This document shows, one piece after another, positions 8,509 through 15,409 of a stretch of 20,000 bases of DNA. How positions within the stretch are numbered: the stretch's first letter is position 1; each line of letters begins with the position of its first letter. The notes under the pieces were generated by a model. The model was not told the DNA's origin and made no database searches. It saw nothing but the letters and a program-made list of their open reading frames with translations. Where the stretch lies: IMG/VR virus record IMGVR_UViG_3300025786_000100. The stretch is one strand, 5' to 3'. The position numbers and the translations under genes are program-made. Origin of the DNA: an uncultured virus (IMG/VR IMGVR_UViG_3300025786_000100) (lineage: Duplodnaviria; Heunggongvirae; Uroviricota; Caudoviricetes).

Positions 8509-8703
8509 TTAGCTCCATGCGTCCTCGCGCCCGCGCAGCCAGCGCTCGATCTTGTCCGGGTTAAAACGAATCACCTGGGCCTCAATGTGCAGGGCGGGCA
8601 GCTTCCCAGCCCGCACCCATTTGCGCACCGTCTTAGGGGCGAGCTTAAGCAGCCGCGCCACCTCGGCCACGGTCAGAAGGTCCCTGCGCCCGGCCGCGCT
8701 CAT
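8509..8703 (-). CDS. Excisionase-family HTH_17 protein
   Basis: LLTVAEVARLLKLAPKTVRKWVRAGKLPA...IRF...IERWL; stop 3 nt before the int start; AGGAAGG SD. Confidence 0.88.
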   Translation of the reverse strand: MSAAGRRDLLTVAEVARLLKLAPKTVRKWVRAGKLPALHIEAQVIRFNPDKIERWLRGREDAWS

Positions 8704-8746
8704 GACGAGGTACCTTCCTTCCCGCCGGAAAGCAAGGCCTTTCTCG
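8703..8746 (-). promoter_or_regulatory. Second copy of the conserved integrase-module motif
   Basis: Minus strand reads CGAGAAAGGCCTTGCTTTCCGGCGGGAAGGAAGGTACCTCGTCA, compared with 713-757. Confidence 0.55.
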
Positions 8747-9144
8747 GCTCGCAGGCTCCGAGCCCGGTTCGAGGGCCGTTTTGCGCCCGTTCAGCGATTC
8801 GTTCATACGGGTTCCCCGTCGAGCGTTTTGAACAAACAAAAAATGTGTGAAACACCGCATGCGCCTTCAAAACGCGGCGCTGCCATGAGTGTGCGGGGTT
8901 TGGGGTCGAAAATTTGCGCTTTTTCCGGCGGGCCCGAAATCCAGAATTGTCGTTGCGAATCAAAAGGAAACCTAATGTGCGATTAGGTCCCCCTGACGAG
9001 GTCCCTCGTTCGCCCGTTCCGAGCCCATGCCACGCCGCGACCGGCCCCGCGACCCTGCTCCGGCAGGGGCAGGGGGGCACATTCAAGGCGGGGGCCGCGC
9101 TGGCTGGATTTGAGCTTCTCTGTTGCTTCTTTTGCCGGGAGCGT

Positions 9145-11667
9145 TCAGTCATCGCCCCTCCCGCGGTCGACCGCGTACCACTGACGCACGAGCGACTCGA
9201 CCGTCTTCTCGGCCTCCTCGCGCGAGAAGCCGTCCTCATGCTCGAAGGTTCCCGCCTTCTCTTCGAAGATGTCCTTGTAGTACTCGGGCCAATCCTCGAT
9301 ACGCTCGGGAAGCTCGGGAGGGAAAGACTTGGACCGGCTCGGACCGGGCAGACCGGCTTGTTCCGACCTTTCTCCTTCCGGCTCCTCTTCCTCCTCGAAA
9401 AGATCGATTCCAGGTGAACTAAAGTGGGCGGAACCCGGTCTTTCCGGTCCATCCCGGTCCGGCGCGTCCTCGGCCCAACCCAGGCCCAGCCAGACGCGCA
9501 GCTTCCTGCCGCCCTCGGCCACTTCCCGCCCCTCGCGGACGGCCAAGGTCTCCGAGAGGCGCTTGTTGAAGGTCTTCTGGCTGACGGGATGGGGCACGCC
9601 GATCTCGGCCGCCCAGGCCTTGTAAGCCTCGTAGGTCTCGGCCTTGGCCAGCGTATGCCCCTGCACCACGCGAAGCCGCTCCTCAATGAACTCGTAGACG
9701 TTGTCGCACTGCCGGCGGTACTTCTCGGTGGCGGCGCTGACGCTTGAAGATTCGGTAAAGCCCGCCTGGGCTTCCAGGCGTCTTAAGCCCGCCAGCGCGC
9801 GATTAAGCCACGCGCTTCTCGCCTCGGGCGTTACGAGCTTCGCGCTCAGCCCGCGATCGGCCTTCTGGCCTTCAAAGCGATTGGGAAAGGGGATGATCAG
9901 CCAGCGGCGGAAAAACCCCGGCGTCAGGTCGCGGCTCGGCGGCAACTCGTTGGCGCTAAAGAGCAGGCGGCTGTAGGGGCGCAGGTCGAAGGGGTGCTGG
10001 AACTTCCGCTCGGCCTTGATCATGTCGCCGGTGACGACGGCCTTGAACACGTCGCTTTTCTCAAGCGCCTTGGCCGGCAGGTCGGGGTAGATGTTGGCCA
10101 GCTTGCCCAGAAGCTCGGCCGCGGCGAAGCGGTTGTCGCTCATGTCCTGCAAGGCGACGTGACTGATGTTCTCGTATCCCAAGAGCGCCTCGACGGCGTT
10201 TAAGAAAGTGGACTTGCCGTTGGCCCCCGCACCCAAGAGCATGAAGGCCTTCTGATGGCGCGTGGTCGGGAGCAAGAGATAGCCCAACATCTCCTCGGCC
10301 AGGGGCAAAGCGTCTTCCGGGAAGACCTCGGGCAAGAAGCGCTCGACGACCGGGCAGCGCGCCTCGGGGGAGTAGGCGGCGTGGATGCGGAAGGTGGAAA
10401 GATAATTCTTCGAGTGAGGGCGCAGCTCCCCAGTGCGCCAATTGAGCATCCCGTTTTCGAGGTTGATCAAATCCAAGGCCCGGGGATCGAGCTCGCCTTG
10501 CTCCTTCTTGCCGGTTTCCTTTATGAGCGCGACCGTGGACTCCAGGCGGTCGGGCTTCGAGAGATAATCCAGCTTCTTATGCGCGATCGTCCGGGCGATG
10601 CTGGCGCCGTTTTGGAAGACGCCCCCTTCGTAGGTGAGAAGCCGCACCCCCTTTCCCGCATCGTCGATCGGGCTCGAAATAAACACGCGCGATCTCATGA
10701 TCTTGCGGCAAAGTTTGGCGGGAAGAAAATCCTTCTTGTTGAAAAACTCCGTGGGGTCCTCATCGGCGTCCTCGTCTTTTTCCGGGAGCAGCCCGCCGCT
10801 AAGCAGGCTCGCCAGCTTGTAGAGCGGCTTGGCCCCCGTCACCGCGGACGAGAGCGCTTCCTTAAATCCCTCGGCGTCTTTCTGGTGCAGCTCGTTGGCG
10901 TCCTTGGCCCCTTCCAACTGAACCGCGAAGGCCTCGCCGGTAAAGCCGATCTCGCGCAGGCGCTGGGCCAGCCCTTTGATCAAGGCTTCGCCGCCTTGGT
11001 CCGGCTCCTGGATCGCGTAGACTCGCGCGGCCTGGGCCACATGCTCCGCTTCAAGAACGCCCGTCATGTTCGCGCCCGGAAGCCCCAGCGCAGCGAAACC
11101 GTGATACCAGAGCGTCCAGCAGTCGGACTCGCCTTCGACGAGATAGAGCCGCTCGTCCTTGCCGTAGTCCTTGAGCCGCCACAGGCCGTAGGGAACCGGC
11201 CGCCCGCCGGCGCCCATCCAAATGCTCCCGTCCTTGGCCTTAAGCGCGCGGCGGAGGCGCTGGCGCGGGGCGAGCGCGCCGCCGATCAGCCGGTAGGTGA
11301 TCTTGACGACGTTGTTTTCGTAAATGTCGATCAGGTCGTAGACGCCCTGCTCTTTAAGGAACTCCTCGGGCAGCTTCTTGTCGGCCGCGAGTTCGACCAA
11401 GGTAAGGGTTTGGGGCTCTTTCTTCCGGGGAGCGCGCTTTTTCTGCGGGAAGAGATCGCGCATCGCAAGGCCCATCTCCGCTACAACGGTCTTGGTCTCG
11501 CAGCCGGCGAAGCACTTGATGAGTAGCTTCCCGTCCGTCGCCTGGCTGACCGAGAGGCTGCGCTTCTTGTCCTCGTGGGCCGGGCAGCGCGCAATCCAGC
11601 CCTTCTTGTTCTCCTTGACCTCTTTGAGGCGGGGCAGGAAGTCGTCTATAGGGTTGGTCTTGTTCAT
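9145..11667 (-). CDS. P4 alpha-like primase-helicase (CHC2 zinc finger, TOPRIM, D5/SF3 helicase, C-terminal winged helix); start at 11667, 11673 or 11685
   Basis: CPAHED...CFAGC, VEGESD, DQGGE, KDANEL, GAGANGKST (Walker A), LLFSANELP, FFRRWLIIPF; GGAG SD 9 nt before ATG 11667. Confidence 0.92.
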   Translation of the reverse strand: MNKTNPIDDFLPRLKEVKENKKGWIARCPAHEDKKRSLSVSQATDGKLLIKCFAGCETKTVVAEMGLAMRDLFPQKKRAPRKKEPQTLTLVELAADKKLPEEFLKEQGVYDLIDIYENNVVKITYRLIGGALAPRQRLRRALKAKDGSIWMGAGGRPVPYGLWRLKDYGKDERLYLVEGESDCWTLWYHGFAALGLPGANMTGVLEAEHVAQAARVYAIQEPDQGGEALIKGLAQRLREIGFTGEAFAVQLEGAKDANELHQKDAEGFKEALSSAVTGAKPLYKLASLLSGGLLPEKDEDADEDPTEFFNKKDFLPAKLCRKIMRSRVFISSPIDDAGKGVRLLTYEGGVFQNGASIARTIAHKKLDYLSKPDRLESTVALIKETGKKEQGELDPRALDLINLENGMLNWRTGELRPHSKNYLSTFRIHAAYSPEARCPVVERFLPEVFPEDALPLAEEMLGYLLLPTTRHQKAFMLLGAGANGKSTFLNAVEALLGYENISHVALQDMSDNRFAAAELLGKLANIYPDLPAKALEKSDVFKAVVTGDMIKAERKFQHPFDLRPYSRLLFSANELPPSRDLTPGFFRRWLIIPFPNRFEGQKADRGLSAKLVTPEARSAWLNRALAGLRRLEAQAGFTESSSVSAATEKYRRQCDNVYEFIEERLRVVQGHTLAKAETYEAYKAWAAEIGVPHPVSQKTFNKRLSETLAVREGREVAEGGRKLRVWLGLGWAEDAPDRDGPERPGSAHFSSPGIDLFEEEEEPEGERSEQAGLPGPSRSKSFPPELPERIEDWPEYYKDIFEEKAGTFEHEDGFSREEAEKTVESLVRQWYAVDRGRGDD
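9331..9460. repeat. Inverted arrays of GACCGG iterons, putative replication origin
   Basis: GACCGG at 9332, 9342 and 9351; CCGGTC at 9435, 9444 and 9454; about 10-bp spacing around a ~78-bp spacer. Confidence 0.65.
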
Positions 11668-11683
11668 CTTCATCCGCTCCAAC

Positions 11684-11746
11684 AAAAAAAGCGCCGCCGG
11701 CCCCCGCGGGGGCTTGGCAGCGCTTCGATTCCGCTCGACGGCGCTT
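11684..11746 (-). terminator. Terminator/antiterminator structured leader upstream of the primase
   Basis: Terminator AAGCGCUGCC-AA-GCCCCCGCGGGGGC-C-GGCGGCGCUU followed by a U tract; overlapping alternative hairpin AGCGC-CG-UCGA-GCGGAA-UCGA-A-GCGCU. Confidence 0.7.
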
Positions 11747-11751
11747 ACGGA

Positions 11752-11946
11752 CTAACGGCTCGAATTGTCCCGGACTTCGTCCGGCTTGAACGTCTGCGTC
11801 AACGTCACGAAAGAGATCTTCCCGCCTTGAATCTTGAACGTCCCGTCGCCAAAGAACCCGCTGTGGGCGACGCGTCCCAGAAAGTCGGCGAACTCGCCCA
11901 CGGACAAAAGGCCGCGCTGCGCATCGGCGACACGGCGCTCCCTCAC
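11752..11946 (-). CDS. Small protein, DUF2292/YezD-like
   Basis: FFGDGTFKIQGGKISFVTLTQTFK resembles the FG...i.iQ.Gki.......k pattern; GTGA overlap with the upstream gene. Confidence 0.55.
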   Translation of the reverse strand: MRERRVADAQRGLLSVGEFADFLGRVAHSGFFGDGTFKIQGGKISFVTLTQTFKPDEVRDNSSR

Positions 11947-12227
11947 GGCCTGGGCCTCTCGCGGCGCAGGCCATGAATGAGCGACTTTAAATCGACGATG
12001 GCGTTCTTGTAGGCCAGCGGATCAACGCCCGCCCGGTGGCCGTAGAAATCCTGGATGAGGGCCTCGCGCCTGGGCGAGTCCTCGAGCACGAAGAGCACGC
12101 GGCTTCCGCCGGCGGGATCTAAGCGCAGAAGCGGCAGCCCCTCGGCGATCAGGTAGGCGGCCAGGTAGAAATCGGAGAGCGCGTAGGACGCGGGCGCTTC
12201 GTCGTCGGTTTTCATGTTCTTCTTCAT
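11943..12227 (-). CDS. DUF5659-like small (winged-helix) protein
   Basis: SDFYLAAYLIAEG...RVLFVL...FY......VDPLAY......LKSLI pattern, typical of genes upstream of MGE primases. Confidence 0.65.
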   Translation of the reverse strand: MKKNMKTDDEAPASYALSDFYLAAYLIAEGLPLLRLDPAGGSRVLFVLEDSPRREALIQDFYGHRAGVDPLAYKNAIVDLKSLIHGLRRERPRP

Positions 12228-12259
12228 CTTCGCTCGGGCCTCGCGCCCGCTTCCACTCT

Positions 12260-12373
12260 ACTTTAACCTGCGCCGCCGCGGGAGTAAATGCACAGGTTAA
12301 CTTGTTGACAGCGTATCGGTAGTTTACGTGGCCGCTGGGTCCGGGTCCATGCACTGTTTAAACTGTGCACAGT
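12260..12373 (-). promoter_or_regulatory. Leftward promoter (TTTACT-17-TAAAGT) with repeated TGCACAGKTTAA-like operators
   Basis: -35 at 12288-12283 and -10 at 12265-12260; repeats at 12262-12273, 12289-12300 and 12350-12373. Confidence 0.5.
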
Positions 12374-12454
12374 CCGATCCGCCCTCACTTACTAAAGGGG
12401 GATCGAGAGGCCGAGACGGGGACGGGGATTTGCCGGAGAGGCCGAAGCGCAAGT

Positions 12455-12488
12455 TTTACAGGTCTATTAAATTTGCTTAAATTGCCTT
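12455..12488 (+). promoter_or_regulatory. Rightward promoter TTTACA-17-TAAATT, probably leaderless
   Basis: -35 at 12455-12460, -10 at 12478-12483, ATG 5 nt later, no SD. Confidence 0.55.
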
Positions 12489-12680
12489 ATGCGCCCACAA
12501 GATATTGTTAGTGCCCGAGACGCCTGCCAACTCCTGGGAATCAGCCGGCCGACTCTTTACTCCTGGATCGAGCAGGGCAAGCTCAAGCCTTGGGGCAAGG
12601 TCGGCGGCAACGAGGCCTGGATTTTCCTGCGAACGGAAGTTCTTAAAGCACACGGAACCAAGTACCAGAGGATCAAATAG
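12489..12680 (+). CDS. HTH_17/MerR-like DNA-binding regulator
   Basis: VSARDACQLLGISRPTLYSWIEQGKL...WIF...EV. Confidence 0.85.
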   Translation: MRPQDIVSARDACQLLGISRPTLYSWIEQGKLKPWGKVGGNEAWIFLRTEVLKAHGTKYQRIK

Positions 12681-12758
12681 CTCCCATGGCCAAGAAAGGA
12701 ATAATGCTCGCCGTGGAACACGGGATTTGGCGCGGTGAAACCGCGCAGGAGCACCGCC

Positions 12759-14210
12759 ATGTTTGAGCAGACTTTTAAGAACATCGATGACGTTTTGTGG
12801 AAGGAAGCAGGCTGCACGACGGAGCTCGATTACACCGAACAAACCTCGTGGATACTCTTCCTCAAGTATCTAGACGACCTTGAGCAGGAGCGCGCCACCG
12901 AAGCAGAGCTGGTCGGCAAGAAGTACAGCCACATCATCGACAAGGACTTCCGCTGGGCGAAATGGGCCGCCCCGAAAACGAAGGACGGTTCCTTCGACCA
13001 CGACAAGGCGCTTACCGGCGACGACCTCGTCGAGTTCGTCAACAAGAAGCTCTTCCCCTACCTCCAGGGCTTCAAGGAGCGCGCCTCGACCCCCGACACG
13101 ATCGAGTACAAGATCGGCGAGATCTTCGGCGAGATCAAAAACAAGTTCCAAAGCGGCTACAGCCTCCGGGACGCGCTCGAACTCATCGATGCGCTGCGCT
13201 TTCGCTCCCAAAAGGAGAAGCACGAGCTCTCGCACCTCTATGAGGCCAAGATCAAGAACATGGGCAACGCCGGCCGCAACGGCGGCGAGTACTACACGCC
13301 CAGGCCCTTGATTCGCGCGATGATCCAAGTCGTCAAGCCCAAGGTCGGTGAGACGATTTACGACGGGGCCTGCGGGTCCGCCGGATTCCTTTGTGAATCG
13401 CACGACTATCTGATGCGGAGCAAGCTCTCGACGAAGCAGCTCGCTCGGCTTCAGGACAAGACGTTTTACGGCAAGGAGAAGAAGAGTCTCGCCTATGTGA
13501 TCGCGATCATGAACATGATCCTTCACGGCATCGACGCGCCCAATATCATCCACACCAATACGCTCTCGGAGAATTTGGCCGACATCCAGGAGAAGGACCG
13601 CTACGACATCATCCTGGCCAATCCTCCTTTCGGGGGAAAGGAACGCAAGGAGGTTCAGCAGAACTTCCCGATCAAGACGAGCGAGACGGCGTTTTTGTTC
13701 CTTCAGCACTTCATCAAGATGCTCAAGGCGGGCGGCCGTGCGGCGGTGGTCATCAAGAACACCTTCTTGTCGAACTCGGACAACGCCTCAAAGGCGCTGC
13801 GCAAGGAACTCTTGGAATCCTCCAATCTCCACACGATCCTGGACTGTCCGGGAGGGACATTCCTCGGCGCCGGCGTCAAAACCGTCGTTCTCTTCTTTGA
13901 GAAGGGCTCCAAGACCCGGAAGATCTGGTACTACCAGCTTGAACCCGGTCGGAACCTCGGCAAAACAAACCCGCTAAACGATGATGATCTCTCCGAGTTC
14001 GTGAAGCTTCAGGCAAAGTCCGGCAAATCCAGCTCCTCATGGACGGTCGACGCCAAGGACATTGAGCAGGATAGCTTCGACCTATCGGTCAGGAATCCGA
14101 ACAAAAAGGAAGATATTGAGCTCCGCAGCCCGAAGGAGATCATTGCCGAGATTAAGCGACTCGATGAGGAGAGCGCAGAGATTCTCAAGAAGATTGAGGA
14201 ATTGGTTTGA
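12759..14210 (+). CDS. hsdM: Type I RM methyltransferase subunit (m6A)
   Basis: GEYYTPR, DGACGSAGFL (motif I), NPPF (motif IV); AGGAG SD before ATG 12759. Confidence 0.95.
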   Translation: MFEQTFKNIDDVLWKEAGCTTELDYTEQTSWILFLKYLDDLEQERATEAELVGKKYSHIIDKDFRWAKWAAPKTKDGSFDHDKALTGDDLVEFVNKKLFPYLQGFKERASTPDTIEYKIGEIFGEIKNKFQSGYSLRDALELIDALRFRSQKEKHELSHLYEAKIKNMGNAGRNGGEYYTPRPLIRAMIQVVKPKVGETIYDGACGSAGFLCESHDYLMRSKLSTKQLARLQDKTFYGKEKKSLAYVIAIMNMILHGIDAPNIIHTNTLSENLADIQEKDRYDIILANPPFGGKERKEVQQNFPIKTSETAFLFLQHFIKMLKAGGRAAVVIKNTFLSNSDNASKALRKELLESSNLHTILDCPGGTFLGAGVKTVVLFFEKGSKTRKIWYYQLEPGRNLGKTNPLNDDDLSEFVKLQAKSGKSSSSWTVDAKDIEQDSFDLSVRNPNKKEDIELRSPKEIIAEIKRLDEESAEILKKIEELV

Positions 14211-15409
14211 AGAACGGTTGGAAAAACCTCCCCCTCAAGGAGGTGTGTACGGTCTTCGCAGACGGAGATTGGATCGAAACCAAAGATCAGTCCCCATCTG
14301 GTATTCGTCTTATCCAGACCGGCAATGTTGGCGCGGGTCTTTTCAAAAACCGTGAAGGTAAGGCGCGGTTCATTTCTGAACAAACTTTCCGTCGTCTTAA
14401 ATGCACGGAAATCCTTCCGGGGGACTGTCTCGTGTCGCGCCTGCCGGACCCAGTCGGCCGCGCATGCCTTTTACCTAATATTGGCGAGAGAATGATCACT
14501 GCGGTCGATTGCACGATTGTTCGCCCAAAAAACAACATCCTTTTGCCGAAATTTTTGAATTACTATGCGTGCTCTTCAAAGTACCTTTCCGAGGTCGAAA
14601 AGAAGTGTACTGGAGCAACGAGAAAGCGCATTAGTCGGAAAAACCTTGGGCTTGTTCCAATCCCCATCCCCCCGCTCCCCGAACAAAAGCGAATCGTCGG
14701 GATCCTAGATAAAGCCTTTGCGGAGATTGATCGTTCGATAGCAAATAGTCAGTCAAGCCTAACTCAGATCAGCAAGCTCATCGCATCGGTGCTTGAACGA
14801 GAATTCCAAAAGGCTTTACAATTTGGATCCTCTCCTGTCGGCGAACTTGCAGACCACTGCCTGGGGAAAATGCTCGATAGGCGCAAGAACCAAGGAACCC
14901 CAAAGATGTACCTCAGGAATATTAATGTCCGCTGGTTCGAATTTGACCTCAGCGATCTTCTTGAAATGCGCTTTAAGGATGATGAATTCGATCGATACTC
15001 CGCCAAGAAAGGCGATGTTCTGGTTTGCGAGGGTGGATATCCTGGTCGATGCGCCATCTGGACTAGTGATGAACCCATCTATTTTCAAAAGGCCCTGCAT
15101 CGCGTCCGGTTCCATAACCCGCTCCATGCGAAATGGTTCATGTACTTCATGTTTTATTGCGATCAGGCGGGCCTCCTTCGACGGAAATTCACCGGCGCCG
15201 GCATACAGCACTTCACTGGTAAAGCCCTGAAGGTCTTCGAAGTGCCCATCATTGCAGACGATCAAATGAAACGCTCATTATCCTTGATCGAGGAACTCTT
15301 TACCGAATCTTCCAGGCTGATCGAGAGCCACGGACGGAAGATTCAAACGCATAATGAGCTCAAGCAAGCGTTCATGGAAGAGCATTTCTCAAAGGGCGCC
15401 GAATCGTGA
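14207..15409 (+). CDS. hsdS: Type I RM specificity subunit
   Basis: Two TRDs with conserved regions (IPIPPLPEQKRIVGILD; VPI...Q); 4-bp overlaps with hsdM and hsdR; visibly more AT-rich than the flanking genes. Confidence 0.93.
   Translation: MKNGWKNLPLKEVCTVFADGDWIETKDQSPSGIRLIQTGNVGAGLFKNREGKARFISEQTFRRLKCTEILPGDCLVSRLPDPVGRACLLPNIGERMITAVDCTIVRPKNNILLPKFLNYYACSSKYLSEVEKKCTGATRKRISRKNLGLVPIPIPPLPEQKRIVGILDKAFAEIDRSIANSQSSLTQISKLIASVLEREFQKALQFGSSPVGELADHCLGKMLDRRKNQGTPKMYLRNINVRWFEFDLSDLLEMRFKDDEFDRYSAKKGDVLVCEGGYPGRCAIWTSDEPIYFQKALHRVRFHNPLHAKWFMYFMFYCDQAGLLRRKFTGAGIQHFTGKALKVFEVPIIADDQMKRSLSLIEELFTESSRLIESHGRKIQTHNELKQAFMEEHFSKGAES

Larger units (their letters stand above)
7471..12680 (-). 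mobile_element. Core of a P4/PICI-like satellite or integrative replicative element (int-xis-primase/helicase-regulators); boundaries not determined
   Basis: Gene content and order; no capsid, terminase or conjugation genes seen in the window. Confidence 0.7.

Noticed and set aside
8790..9010. Possible cos/packaging site between primase and xis2
   Set aside because: The position is plausible, but I could not recognise a cosN/cosQ match and there is no terminase gene to support it.
8700..9686. 328-aa minus ORF, or its ATG-9152 sub-ORF, between primase and xis2
   Set aside because: R/S/P-rich and motif-free, overlapping the primase; more likely a non-coding cis region, although a short coupled ORF cannot be excluded.
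12730..12746. Hairpin GCGCGGT-GAA-ACCGCGC before the hsdM SD
   Set aside because: No U tract and it does not cover the SD, so no function can be argued from sequence alone.
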